Positions 17,907 through 27,733 of a DNA stretch of 32,000 nucleotides are shown here, in pieces. The position numbers and the translations under genes were made by a program. Positions within the stretch are counted from its first letter, which is position 1; each line of letters begins with the position of its first letter. Source of the DNA: Desulfocapsa sulfexigens DSM 10523 (GTDB lineage: Bacteria; Desulfobacterota; Desulfobulbia; Desulfobulbales; Desulfocapsaceae); the NCBI RefSeq assembly GCF_000341395.1, contig NC_020304.1, positions 2,100,001-2,132,000 on the forward strand, in the 5' to 3' direction. The notes below the pieces were generated by a model. The model saw only the letters and a list, made by a program, of their open reading frames with translations. It made no database searches and was not told the DNA's origin.

Positions 17907-19355
17907 TTGAATCCCTTTCTTCTCTTGTCTTCTCTATATAATAAAAACCGCTGGGGAGTCTTTCTTGTAGTTGCGGTGGGGGTATTTCTCTCCACCATGG
18001 ATAGTTCTATGATTAATGTGGCACTCCCTTCTATTATGCGGAGTTTTGGGACAAGCCTGCCGCAAACGGAATGGGTGGTTTTGATTTATCTTCTTACCAT
18101 TACTGTTTTTTTGCTGTTTTGGGGACGGATAGCGGATTCACTGGGACTGAGTTCTGTCTATATTGTTGGGATGGCAGTATTTTCTGTTGGTTCTGTGGCC
18201 TGTTATTTTTCAGTAACATTAGTGCAACTTATTGCTTTCAGGTTCATACAGGCCATGGGGGCTTCAATGATGATGGCCACTGGACCAGCAATTATTAAAA
18301 TGGTGTTTCCTATTGACCAGTTGGGGAAAGCTCTTGGGTTGATCGGTGTCTCTACCTCGGTGGGGCTGATGACTGGGCCTCTGATTTCCGGCTTCCTGAT
18401 TCATAGCTATTCCTGGCGTGAGATTTTCCTGGTTACCCTCCCTGTGAGCCTGTTTGCATGTGGCGCAGGATTGATTTTCCTGAAACCTTTTGCATCGCAG
18501 AAAGTTTTTAATAAGGCGAGACATCCCTTCGATTGGGCTGGAATGACCCTTTGGGCCGCACTAATAAGTCTTGCTGTGTTTTTATCCACTAACCATATAG
18601 GTGTTTCAGCCGAATTTCTCGTTGTTGAGGCTTTTCTGTGTCTTGTGCTCTTTCTCTTGTTTGCGAGAACGGAGGCAAGAAAGGAAAATCCTCTCTTCCC
18701 GATTTCACTTTTTCATAATCACTCATTTGGAATTGCAATATTCTGTGCTGCTCTCTCCTTCGCCGTCCTTTTTGTTGTTCTTATCCTTACTCCATTTTAT
18801 CTCGATTATGTTTTGTCACTTTCTGCAAAGGACATTGGTTTTGTAATGATGGCGTTGCCAATTTCGGTGTTTTTTGTTTCCCCTCTATCTGGTTTTTTAT
18901 ATAACCATATAGGTGCGCGGTTTCTCACGACCAGCGGACTCACGATTGCAGCCTGTGGTTTGATTCTTTTATGCTTTTTGACGACCGAAAGCTCATCCTT
19001 TGATGTGGCTTGGCGTCTGGCCGTTCTAGGTTGCGGTCAGGCCCTTTTCTTGACACCTAACAGTGCGACAGTTTTGGAAAACGTTGGTCCAGGCCAGACC
19101 GGGGTGAGTTCGGGGATGTTAGCTACGGCACGAAATCTTGGAATGCTGATAGGGGTGTCTCTTGCCGGACTGCTCTTTGGGGTTATTTTTTCGAGAGTGA
19201 GTGGTGGGTTTGATCTTAAACAATACAATCCCTGCTTGGCAGAGAATTTTATGTATGCACTGAAGATGACTTTTGCTATTACCGCAAGTATTTCAATATT
19301 TGGGGCTGTGCTCTCGTCTTTGAGAAGGAATGTTCCGCTAACAGAAAGGTCATAA
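17907..19355 (+). CDS. MFS transporter, DHA2-like (~14 TM)
   Basis: VFLSTMDSSMINVALPSIMRSFG motif, WVVLIYLLTITVFLLFWGRIADSLG, VGPGQTGVSSGMLATARNLGMLIG. The TTG start at 17907 has no clear SD, so the 5' end is uncertain. Confidence 0.9.
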   Translation: MNPFLLLSSLYNKNRWGVFLVVAVGVFLSTMDSSMINVALPSIMRSFGTSLPQTEWVVLIYLLTITVFLLFWGRIADSLGLSSVYIVGMAVFSVGSVACYFSVTLVQLIAFRFIQAMGASMMMATGPAIIKMVFPIDQLGKALGLIGVSTSVGLMTGPLISGFLIHSYSWREIFLVTLPVSLFACGAGLIFLKPFASQKVFNKARHPFDWAGMTLWAALISLAVFLSTNHIGVSAEFLVVEAFLCLVLFLLFARTEARKENPLFPISLFHNHSFGIAIFCAALSFAVLFVVLILTPFYLDYVLSLSAKDIGFVMMALPISVFFVSPLSGFLYNHIGARFLTTSGLTIAACGLILLCFLTTESSSFDVAWRLAVLGCGQALFLTPNSATVLENVGPGQTGVSSGMLATARNLGMLIGVSLAGLLFGVIFSRVSGGFDLKQYNPCLAENFMYALKMTFAITASISIFGAVLSSLRRNVPLTERS

Positions 19356-19395
19356 GTGTCAAGTAGTCTGCTGGCTGTAACTGTGGTGTTTTTTT

Positions 19396-21237
19396 TTATT
19401 CCTGATCAGTTTTAGGGAGACTGATTCGTGCAACCATGCCTCCTGTCTCGCCGTGTTCCAGTGAAAAGTGTCCCTGGTGTTCAGCAACAATCTTCTCCAC
19501 AAGAGTGAGCCCCATTCCGGTTCCGTAGGTTTTTGTTGTAAAGAAAGGATCAGTTGCATGTTCCAGGGTGGAAGATACTATACCGATCCCTGAGTCTTCT
19601 ATGGTTATTGTGATGTAGGCTTCCTCCTCTTTACACGTTATTGTCAGAATGCCACCAGATGGCATTGCTTCTATCCCGTTCCTGATTAGGTGAAGAAGCA
19701 TTTGTCGTATCAGCTTTGCATCTATAAACATTACTGGGTCAGGAGATGGCAGGTTCAGTTGATAAAGTATGGATTGTTTTTTCATCGATCCGTAAAAAAG
19801 TAGAATACTTTTACGGATGAGTGGATAGAGTTGCTGCTTTGACTTGTCGGGTTTGTCATCGTCGACAAAATTAAATAAATCATCAAGAGTAGATTCAATC
19901 TTAGCAGTTTCCATAATCATCATATCCAGAAATTTCTGGTTTTTGTGATCATGATTTTTTTTTCCGAGTAATCTTGCAATTCCACCTATAGAGGTTATGG
20001 GGTTACGAATGGCATGAACAAGCTGTGCTGACATATGGCCAAGTGCTGAATAACGTTCGGCATCAATAAGTAGATCCTTATTTTTTTCAAGTTCCTGTGT
20101 TACCTCTTCAAGCTCTGTTATCTTGTTTTGCATATCCTTGTAAAGATGGCTGTGTTCAATAGCCAGGCTTGCCTGATTTGCAAATACTTCCAAAGAGTTG
20201 ATATCATCTTCAGTTATCGGATGTGCTGTGACAAAGTTATCGGCAATAATTACACCGAGTGATTTATTGGGCGAGAACAGAGGAGTAATGATAAAGTTAT
20301 CTTCGTTGAAGATCTGTAAGAGTTGTTCTGATATTCGCTGATCTCCATTGAATCCGTTCTGGATGAGAATACTTTTGCGGTTGCTGCATGCCTGAATAAG
20401 AACATGATCCTGATTTTCTGCAGGGATTTTTAAATTTTGAATAATTGCATTTAATTCTGCATCATTATTCATGTAGGATGTCTTGACCTTGTCGAGAATA
20501 TCAGTAAGGTGCAGGTTATCTTTTTTTATTCCATCCCAAACTCGGCTGGCATCTGCTCGGGAATTGGGGCCTATGGCCATTTTACCCTGCAGTTCTATGT
20601 TGTCGTCATTGAAGAGCAGGAGGAAGGCCCTGTTGAATCGTAAGCCTTCTTCGGCTGTGATGCCAACAAGAATGGATTGGAGGACTGAGTTCAACTCAAT
20701 GCTGTTTAAGTAAGCACTATTCATTTTAAGATTGAGTTGATGAAGAAATCTTGTACGGTAATTAGTGAGTTCGAGCTGTTTTTGATAGCGGCGGTTATCA
20801 ATGATAAGTTTTCGTTTTTGGAGAGAGTTTCTAACTGCCAGGCTAAATTCGTCAAGGGTTACCGGTTTCACAAGATAATCATCTGCCCCCTGACGTAAAC
20901 AACTGAGTGCAACTTCTAAATCAGTGGTTCCAGTCAGCATGATTATGCTGAGGTCAGGGTAGAGGGGGATGAGTTCTTTTAGGAGTTCGGTACCGTCACG
21001 GTCAGGGAGGCCAATGTCAAGTAGAACAAGTGCCACTGTTTCCCGTTGAAGGATCAGGTATAGTTCGGCTGCGCTGGATGCTGTAAAAACGGTGAAACCT
21101 TCATTACTGAGAAGGGTTTCAAAGATAAAGACGATTTCCTGTGAGTCGTCAACTATGACAATGGATTCACCAGGATCAAGATAGTTTCTCGAATGGTTTG
21201 TTCCATTATCGATAACTGTCGTCACAGAGTCAACCAT
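19396..21237 (-). CDS. Response-regulator/GAF/histidine kinase protein
   Basis: N-terminal REC (IVIVDDSQEIV...VLLDIGLPDRDG...IMLTG...DDYLVKPV), GAF-like middle, H-box LVHAIRNPITSIGG, N-box LIRNGIEAM, G boxes IEDSGIGI and GTGMGLTLV. Confidence 0.93.
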   Translation of the reverse strand: MVDSVTTVIDNGTNHSRNYLDPGESIVIVDDSQEIVFIFETLLSNEGFTVFTASSAAELYLILQRETVALVLLDIGLPDRDGTELLKELIPLYPDLSIIMLTGTTDLEVALSCLRQGADDYLVKPVTLDEFSLAVRNSLQKRKLIIDNRRYQKQLELTNYRTRFLHQLNLKMNSAYLNSIELNSVLQSILVGITAEEGLRFNRAFLLLFNDDNIELQGKMAIGPNSRADASRVWDGIKKDNLHLTDILDKVKTSYMNNDAELNAIIQNLKIPAENQDHVLIQACSNRKSILIQNGFNGDQRISEQLLQIFNEDNFIITPLFSPNKSLGVIIADNFVTAHPITEDDINSLEVFANQASLAIEHSHLYKDMQNKITELEEVTQELEKNKDLLIDAERYSALGHMSAQLVHAIRNPITSIGGIARLLGKKNHDHKNQKFLDMMIMETAKIESTLDDLFNFVDDDKPDKSKQQLYPLIRKSILLFYGSMKKQSILYQLNLPSPDPVMFIDAKLIRQMLLHLIRNGIEAMPSGGILTITCKEEEAYITITIEDSGIGIVSSTLEHATDPFFTTKTYGTGMGLTLVEKIVAEHQGHFSLEHGETGGMVARISLPKTDQE

Positions 21238-21384
21238 TGGGAATTGTGTTGATTAGACTGAAGTTGAATGTTAACAAATTTAAAGGATTATACATTAATG
21301 ATTGTACAGTGCTTGCGGAAAAAGGAAAGAAAAAATCGAAGACAATTGCTATTAAATGGTTAGTGATTGGAAAGTGGAGAGCAT

Positions 21385-21780
21385 GTGAAAAAGGAAGTAA
21401 GTGATAGGGAGTTGAAAAAGATTGTTGCAGATTTCCTGGAGATGGGACATGTCGACAATATCTTTGAAATGTTTAAGCGCGACAAAAGCTATTATTGCTG
21501 GACTGGAGAGTTGCTTGATGACGAACGGTTCGGTGTTCGTTTAGGCATTACTGTCCTCTTTGAGGAATTGAAACTTCATTGTGAGGATGACATTCATCTC
21601 GCCGTGGATTCACTTTGCAATGCACTTAAAGAGAGTCCACCCCATGTTCGTGGCGACGCCGTAAATATTTTAGGGATCATAGGAAGTGAAGATGCACTTG
21701 TCTGTGTTCGTAATGCGCTGGAGGATGATTCTCCACAGGTTCGGGAAGTAGCCAAAGACGTTTTGGAGGAATGTGAGTGA
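21385..21780 (+). CDS. Small HEAT-repeat (PBS-lyase HEAT-like) protein
   Basis: Track ORF begins at TTG 21367; GTG at 21385 preceded by GGAGAG is likelier. C-terminal PPHVRGDAVNILGIIGSEDALVCVRNALEDDSPQVREVAKDVLEE is a typical HEAT pattern. Confidence 0.75.
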   Translation: MKKEVSDRELKKIVADFLEMGHVDNIFEMFKRDKSYYCWTGELLDDERFGVRLGITVLFEELKLHCEDDIHLAVDSLCNALKESPPHVRGDAVNILGIIGSEDALVCVRNALEDDSPQVREVAKDVLEECE

Positions 21781-23735
21781 AGGATGTTTTTGCTGAAGGG
21801 GGGAAGCTCTCGTCAGAATTAAAAGGGTTCGAGCCGAGAGTCGGGCAGCAGGTAATGGCTGAGGCAGTGGCAGAGATTCTGGCTGAGGGGAACGAAAGAA
21901 CTGATGGGCGCGCCTCACTCCTTCTCGTTGAGGCGGAAACCGGAATCGGAAAAACATTAGCATACCTCGTGCCAGCCCTTCTTTCAGGACAACGTGTTGT
22001 TATCTCAACAGCAACAATCAACCTTCAGGATCAGATTGTTAAAAAAGAAATACCTTTGCTTGAAACAGCACTGGAGATGGACATTCCTGCACTTTGCGTT
22101 AAGGGGCGTCAGAATTATCTTTGCCATTATCGTTGGTTTCAGTACTGTTCAAATCCTCAAATGTCCCTGTTGGAGGATGATGATATTTCCAAAATTGAGA
22201 AATGGTTGCAGAAAACAGAAAGCGGTGACAGGGCTGAACTCGCATGGCTTCCCGATCGTTCACCCCTGTGGCCAAAGATTTCTGCTCAGTCAAATCAATG
22301 TATGGGCAGCGATTGTCCAGAATTCCAACTCTGCTTTGTCAATCGTTTACGAAAACGTGCAGGTTCTGCACGAATCCTCATTGTAAATCATCATCTTTTT
22401 TTCTCGGATCTGGCACTACGACAAAAAGGGTTTGCTGAGATTTTACCACGCTACCAGGCAGTAGTCTTTGATGAGGCACATCATCTTGAGAATGTTGCTA
22501 CAGATTTTTTTGGTAAGCATTTCAGTCATTATCAATTGATCGATCTTATCGGTGATATTGAACGACACGCAGAAACTGATCTGGAAGCGTCTGTGTATGA
22601 TCGACTTATCGGTTCTACTCGTGGTCTCAGGCAGCGACTTGATAATTTTACTGCCCTCTTTCCTGTAGAGAAAGGTCGATATCCATTAACACCACTTGTT
22701 GAAAAGCTTGAAGCGTTTGGTTGGCAGGAGGCACTCACCGGGCTCACTCAGGGGCTGAGCACACTTGCCGTGAGGTGTGTAGACCTTGCAGGTCATGGAG
22801 AAATCTGGAATCTGTTGTCAGATCGTGCCATCGAGCTTCAAAATATTCTCCTTCATATTGCAAAGCCAGGGGAGGAAGAAGAGGGATATTTTATTCGCTG
22901 GTATGAAAGACGTGAAAGAACCGTCAGTCTTTCAGCAACACCTGTTAAGGTTGCAGAAGAATTAGAAAATTGTCTCTATAACTCTGTGCAGTCCTGCATT
23001 ATGACATCTGCCACTTTAACAACCGGTGGAACATTTAAGTATATGCAGGAGCGCCTTGGTATTGATGATACCTGTAAAACATTGCGTCTGCAGTCCCCCT
23101 TTGACTACACGGGTAGAACTTTGTTATATGTACCGGAACAGGGGTTTCCCGAGGCAACCGCAATACATTATAATGCATCTTTAAATGATCGTATTTATGA
23201 GTTATTAAAGATCAGCAAAGGTCGGGCACTGGTACTTTTTACTAGCATAAGGGCAATGGATTTTGCTGCAGGGTATCTCAGGGGGAAACTCTTATATCCG
23301 CTTCTTGTGCAGGGAACAGCGTCCCGTCATGCATTGCTGGATGAGTTTCGTGAGACCAATGAGTCGGTGCTGCTTGCAGTTGCATCTTTCTGGGAGGGAG
23401 TCGATGTCTCTGGAGATTCTTTAAGCTGTGTAATTATAGATAAACTTCCATTCGAAGTACCAAGTGATCCAGTGATTCAGGCAAGGATGAAGGCTATCGA
23501 AGCGGATGGGGGAAAGCCTTTTTTTCAGTTCCAGATTCCACGGGCCATTCTTACTCTACGTCAGGGGGTGGGTAGGCTTATGCGTTCTACGAGTGACCGT
23601 GGAATAATCGGGATTTTGGATATTCGTTTGTATTCAAAAGGCTATGGAAGAATTTTTCGTGCTAGTCTACCGCCATCTCCTGTGGTACGAACACTTGAAG
23701 CTGTGGAAGATTTCTTTACAAGAGAACAAAAATAA
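21777..23735 (+). CDS. dinG: DinG/YoaA-like ATP-dependent helicase (XPD family)
   Basis: VEAETGIGKTLAYLVPAL (Walker A), DEAHH, Fe-S-type cysteines CVKGRQNYLC...CMGSDCPEFQLC, C-terminal ILTLRQGVGRLMRSTSDRGIIGILDIR. GTGA overlap with the upstream gene. Confidence 0.92.
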   Translation: MKDVFAEGGKLSSELKGFEPRVGQQVMAEAVAEILAEGNERTDGRASLLLVEAETGIGKTLAYLVPALLSGQRVVISTATINLQDQIVKKEIPLLETALEMDIPALCVKGRQNYLCHYRWFQYCSNPQMSLLEDDDISKIEKWLQKTESGDRAELAWLPDRSPLWPKISAQSNQCMGSDCPEFQLCFVNRLRKRAGSARILIVNHHLFFSDLALRQKGFAEILPRYQAVVFDEAHHLENVATDFFGKHFSHYQLIDLIGDIERHAETDLEASVYDRLIGSTRGLRQRLDNFTALFPVEKGRYPLTPLVEKLEAFGWQEALTGLTQGLSTLAVRCVDLAGHGEIWNLLSDRAIELQNILLHIAKPGEEEEGYFIRWYERRERTVSLSATPVKVAEELENCLYNSVQSCIMTSATLTTGGTFKYMQERLGIDDTCKTLRLQSPFDYTGRTLLYVPEQGFPEATAIHYNASLNDRIYELLKISKGRALVLFTSIRAMDFAAGYLRGKLLYPLLVQGTASRHALLDEFRETNESVLLAVASFWEGVDVSGDSLSCVIIDKLPFEVPSDPVIQARMKAIEADGGKPFFQFQIPRAILTLRQGVGRLMRSTSDRGIIGILDIRLYSKGYGRIFRASLPPSPVVRTLEAVEDFFTREQK

Positions 23736-23745
23736 GGATAAGAAA

Positions 23746-24774
23746 ATGGCGGATGTCACCAATGCAGGTGTGCCGGAACTATTGCAGGCTATCGCTCCGG
23801 AAGTGGAAAAAATTGAACAGATCATGCTGCAGGATTTACGTGAGGCATCAGCCGGGGCGGATCCTCTGTTACGAGAAGTTCTGGAGTATGGTCTTTTGAA
23901 CGGCGGTAAGCGCCTTCGCCCACTTCTTGTAGTTCTTGCCGCACGTCTGTGCGGATTTAAAGAGGAAAATGACGACAAGGAGACCCTCTACAAGTTAGCC
24001 ATTGCTTTTGAATACCTCCATTGTGCCACCCTTTTTCATGATGACGTTATTGATCGAGCGGATATGCGCCGTGGAAAGCCATCGGTAAATGAAAAATTTG
24101 GTACGATTGCTGCTATTCTTGGCGGTGATTTTCTTCATTCCCGTTCCATGTTTCTTATCGGATCGCTTGGTGGGCGAAAAGCACTCCAGATATTTTGCAA
24201 CGCTACAAATGCCATGGTTGATGGTGAATTCCTTCAGCTTCGTAATGCCCAAAACTATAATCTCTCAGAAGATGATTATTTGGCCGCGGTAAAAGGAAAA
24301 ACTGCTTTACTTATTGCTGCGACCTGTGAGATAGGAGCTATTGCCGCAGGTGCAAGTACCGCAAAGCAGTTGGCACTGGCACAGTATGGAATCAGTCTTG
24401 GAACTGCGTTCCAGATAGTTGATGATCTTCTGGACTATATGGGAGATGTCGCTAAAACCGGCAAAGTAATTGGAAATGATTTTCAGGAAGGAAAAATGAC
24501 TCTTCCTGTTATTCTGACTATCGCTGAGGCGAATACAGAAGATAAGGCGAGCCTTCTATTTCTCTTGGAAAATACAAGTGCACGTCGGGATGGTTTTCCT
24601 GAGGCCTTCGAAATTATACAGAGATATGACGGGTTTGGAAGAAGCAGAAAAAGTGCTGAGTCAGTTGTTGCAAAGGCTGTAGCCGGGCTTGAAATATTCT
24701 CAGGAAAAAACGTCTCGCCAATCCTTACAATCTTTAAAGCATTGGCTCAATATGTGTTGACTAGAGAGAAATAA
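23746..24774 (+). CDS. ispB: Polyprenyl diphosphate synthase (IspB-like)
   Basis: GGKRLRPLLVV, first Asp-rich motif LFHDDVIDRADMRRG, second FQIVDDLLDYMGD. Track ORF begins at 23644; the true start is likely ATG 23746 (MADVTNAGVPELL), just after the dinG stop. Confidence 0.9.
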   Translation: MADVTNAGVPELLQAIAPEVEKIEQIMLQDLREASAGADPLLREVLEYGLLNGGKRLRPLLVVLAARLCGFKEENDDKETLYKLAIAFEYLHCATLFHDDVIDRADMRRGKPSVNEKFGTIAAILGGDFLHSRSMFLIGSLGGRKALQIFCNATNAMVDGEFLQLRNAQNYNLSEDDYLAAVKGKTALLIAATCEIGAIAAGASTAKQLALAQYGISLGTAFQIVDDLLDYMGDVAKTGKVIGNDFQEGKMTLPVILTIAEANTEDKASLLFLLENTSARRDGFPEAFEIIQRYDGFGRSRKSAESVVAKAVAGLEIFSGKNVSPILTIFKALAQYVLTREK

Positions 24775-24852
24775 TACTAAACTATTCATTGTATACTGTG
24801 AAGGGATCTCCCTAAACAAATATTTTGTATTGATTTGATTGAAGTGTGAATT

Positions 24853-25803
24853 ATGAACAGAAATGTCAGGAAAAAAAGAAAACCGGTTGTTCGGGGTAAA
24901 AAGAAAAATAAAAAAAAATCATTACTAACCGTCAGAATATTTTCCTTTTTTATTCTTCTTGGTTTGCTGCTTTTTTCAATGGGAGCTGCAGGATATGTGA
25001 TTTTTTTCAGAACTACTCTTGCGCATGGTTCACCCCTTGAGGAGTCGAATAGTAATATAGTTTTTGAGGAACCCTATCCGGCAATTCCGGTGTTTCCATC
25101 TGATGTTCCTCCGGTCCGTGATTCAACTCTGCCAATGGTTGCAATCATAATTGATGACATGGGCTATCATAAAGAGATTGGCGCCAGATTACTTGCTCTC
25201 CCCCTGAACCTCACGTTTTCATTTTTAGCTGCAGCCCCTTTCACGCCAGAACTGGAAGAAAAGGCGTTTCAGGCGGGACGAGTAATAATGTTGCACCAGC
25301 CCATGGAGCCAAAAAGCAAAGAGTGGGATCCCGGTTCCGGGGCGCTGTTTGTCGGGCAGAGTGACGAGGTACAAAAACAACTCTTTCAACAGAATCTCCA
25401 GGCTGTTCCTCATGCGGTTGGTGTAAATAACCATATGGGTTCATTATATACTGAAAACAGGGCGGCAATGGACAGTTTAATGGTAGCTGTGCGTGAGCAG
25501 GGCTTGTTTTTTGTGGACAGTTATACCACTGCTGATAGTCAGGGACTTAAGGCAGCAATAGCTGCTGGTGTACCCACTGCGAGAAGGCATATTTTCCTGG
25601 ATAATGTACATTCGCAGGATAAGGTTTGTAAACAACTGAAAAAACTGGTGAAGAGTGCAGAGGATAATGGCTGGGCCATTGGGATCGGTCATCCGAATGA
25701 AGCGACTCTGGCTGCCCTGACGAATTGTCAGGACAGCCTGTTGAAACGTGTACATCTTGTGAGTGCTCAAGAGTTATTATTCAGGTTGAATCACCCTGAA
25801 TAA
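24853..25803 (+). CDS. Divergent polysaccharide deacetylase family protein (YibQ/DUF610-like)
   Basis: N-terminal TM anchor; VAIIIDDMGYHKEIGARLLALPLNLTFSFLAAAPF, VIMLHQPMEP, GVNNHMGSLYT, GWAIGIGHPNEAT. Confidence 0.9.
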   Translation: MNRNVRKKRKPVVRGKKKNKKKSLLTVRIFSFFILLGLLLFSMGAAGYVIFFRTTLAHGSPLEESNSNIVFEEPYPAIPVFPSDVPPVRDSTLPMVAIIIDDMGYHKEIGARLLALPLNLTFSFLAAAPFTPELEEKAFQAGRVIMLHQPMEPKSKEWDPGSGALFVGQSDEVQKQLFQQNLQAVPHAVGVNNHMGSLYTENRAAMDSLMVAVREQGLFFVDSYTTADSQGLKAAIAAGVPTARRHIFLDNVHSQDKVCKQLKKLVKSAEDNGWAIGIGHPNEATLAALTNCQDSLLKRVHLVSAQELLFRLNHPE

Positions 25804-25834
25804 TCAAAATAACTGTTTTCCGGTCAAGTAGATT

Positions 25835-27517
25835 TTATTTCGAATCCCTAACGGTAAATTGGGTTACCATATCTTTTAGAATAGCGGCAATACTGGCAAG
25901 CTCTTTGGCACTTTCTTTTACAGTGTCACCAGTTTTAGAAAGTTCTCCTGTAAGCTCAGACATTTCCGTAATATCATGGGCAATTTCCACCGAGGCACTT
26001 GAACTCTGGGCGACATTTTCGTTCACCTCGCCAATACCCATTGCTGCCTGTTGGATGTTTTCCGCGATTTCGTTTGTGGTTGCAGTTTGTTCGGCAACAG
26101 ATACAGTGATCCCAGCAACGATTTCATCTACCCGGCCAATTACTTCCGTAATTTGTCGAATCTCAGCAACGGTTTCATCGGTGGAGCCCTGCATTAATTC
26201 AATGGATGTCCTGATTTCACCGGTGGCTGCTGCTGTCTGTTTCGCAAGCTCTTTGATTTCATTGGCGACGACCGCAAATCCTTTACCGGCCTCTCCGGCC
26301 CGGGCTGCTTCTATGGTCGCATTTAGGGCTAGCAGGTTAGTCTGATCAGATATTTCTGTTATAACTCCAGTTACTTTTGAAATCTGGTTGGCAGCCTCTC
26401 CAAGGGCGTCGACCTTTATCGATGAGCTGTTTGCAAGCTTAACGGCATCTTCTGTAATACTCCTTGCTTCTTTAGTTTTTGCGTCTACCTCCGCAATGGA
26501 CCTGGTGACTTCTTCTGAAGCAGTGGCAACAATATTTACATTTGTGGAGGCCTCTTCACTTGCAGCAGCAACTGAATTCATATTGCCACTCAACTGTTCA
26601 GTTGCAGCAGCCACAGAGCTTGCACGACTGCAAACGTTAGCACTGTTTGCCGACATGGATTGAGCAATATTATTCAATTCATCTGAAGTAGAAGAAAGGC
26701 CAAGAACTTCGGTGTTCATATTGCCAATCATGATGTTGAGTTTGTCTGCCATCTTGTTCAGTGCCGTGGCAAGGAGACCAAGTTCATCTTTCTGCTGGAA
26801 CTCAAGACGTTTGGTAAGGTTCCCGGCAGCAAGAGATTCGGCAAGTCCAACTGATAGCTTAAGGGTTGTACTTATTTTCCTGGAAAGGAAAAAACTGAAT
26901 AGAAAAGAGAGAAGAATTGAAAGAATTGTCAGTCCGATGATCATCTGGATTTTCGTTCCGATTCCCGCCTGCACTTCTTTGTTTCCAGTAATACTGGCAG
27001 TTGTTATCTCCTCTGAAATCTGTTGAAGTACTGCCTTGATTCCCTGTATGGATTCGCGGGATTTACTGTTATAGATTTCCATGGCCTCATCCTTGAAACC
27101 GTCATTTGAATCTACTGCCTCCTGAATTTCTCGGGCAGAATCGTGGAGATCTTTGTGAGGTCTTTCAAGCTGTTTGAGAAGAGGGGCGATACTGGGGAGT
27201 ATAGTCTCGGCCTGTTTTCTTTCTTTTCCGTAGAGCCATTTACCGAGTTTGCAGGCACGATCATCCGTTGAGACACTTAATGTAGTGGCATTTTCGTCAA
27301 GAAGAAAGATAATGACCTTGTTCTGCCAGTTGATGTGATCAATTTCACGTGCCAGCATTATTTGTTCAAGGTTATTCAGGTAGCTATTATGATCGATTTT
27401 GGTTGAAAGGTCATTGAAACCTTTCCAACTCACGCTACTGATAATAATCAGCAAAAGGCCAGCAAAACCAAAACCGATAGAAAGTTTTTTTGCTATAGAT
27501 AGATCATTCCAACTCAT
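25835..27517 (-). CDS. Methyl-accepting chemotaxis protein with CZB-like sensor region
   Basis: Two TM segments, HAMP-like linker, signalling hairpin [20 protein letters not shown] preceded by [31 protein letters not shown] upstream of the ATG. Confidence 0.96.
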   Translation of the reverse strand: MSWNDLSIAKKLSIGFGFAGLLLIIISSVSWKGFNDLSTKIDHNSYLNNLEQIMLAREIDHINWQNKVIIFLLDENATTLSVSTDDRACKLGKWLYGKERKQAETILPSIAPLLKQLERPHKDLHDSAREIQEAVDSNDGFKDEAMEIYNSKSRESIQGIKAVLQQISEEITTASITGNKEVQAGIGTKIQMIIGLTILSILLSFLFSFFLSRKISTTLKLSVGLAESLAAGNLTKRLEFQQKDELGLLATALNKMADKLNIMIGNMNTEVLGLSSTSDELNNIAQSMSANSANVCSRASSVAAATEQLSGNMNSVAAASEEASTNVNIVATASEEVTRSIAEVDAKTKEARSITEDAVKLANSSSIKVDALGEAANQISKVTGVITEISDQTNLLALNATIEAARAGEAGKGFAVVANEIKELAKQTAAATGEIRTSIELMQGSTDETVAEIRQITEVIGRVDEIVAGITVSVAEQTATTNEIAENIQQAAMGIGEVNENVAQSSSASVEIAHDITEMSELTGELSKTGDTVKESAKELASIAAILKDMVTQFTVRDSK

Positions 27518-27681
27518 TACACCATCTCCTGTGGGATGTTTTTCTATTCAATATTTCGACAAACGAACACATAACAATGTCCTTCAATATTCTATGTTAA
27601 ATGAACCATAGGGGAAAGGGATTTTTTCTCTATGACGAAAAAAGCTCGAAAAAAATTACAAGGGTAGGGAAGTGTACAAAG

Positions 27682-27717
27682 AAAAAGCATTGAGTGGGAG
27701 GGGATTCCCACTCAATG
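27682..27717 (-). terminator. Rho-independent terminator of the thi/purH operon
   Basis: Perfect 12-bp inverted repeat CATTGAGTGGGA-N6-TCCCACTCAATG (27688-27717); on the minus strand followed by GCTTTTTC. Confidence 0.93.
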
Positions 27718-27733
27718 TTCGGGGAGATCGATT

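Noticed and set aside
19356-19395. T-tract at the convergent MFS/kinase junction as a terminator
   Set aside because: No convincing GC-rich stem precedes the T run.
21677-22021. Two antisense minus ORFs over the HEAT/dinG junction
   Set aside because: They overlap confident coupled genes and lack any domain signal.
21385-23735. HEAT protein plus DinG-like helicase considered as a defence or CRISPR-associated (CasDinG) module
   Set aside because: No repeats, Cas genes, nuclease or mobile context nearby; the helicase has normal DinG/YoaA motifs and sits in a housekeeping neighbourhood.
23644-23745. N-terminal extension of the polyprenyl synthase ORF in the track
   Set aside because: It overlaps the 3' end of dinG, and a better ATG lies at 23746 directly after the dinG stop.
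25905-27026. Three plus-strand ORFs rich in Ala/Ser/Val opposite the MCP
   Set aside because: Mirror image of the repetitive Ala-rich MCP coding pattern; codon bias supports only the minus strand.
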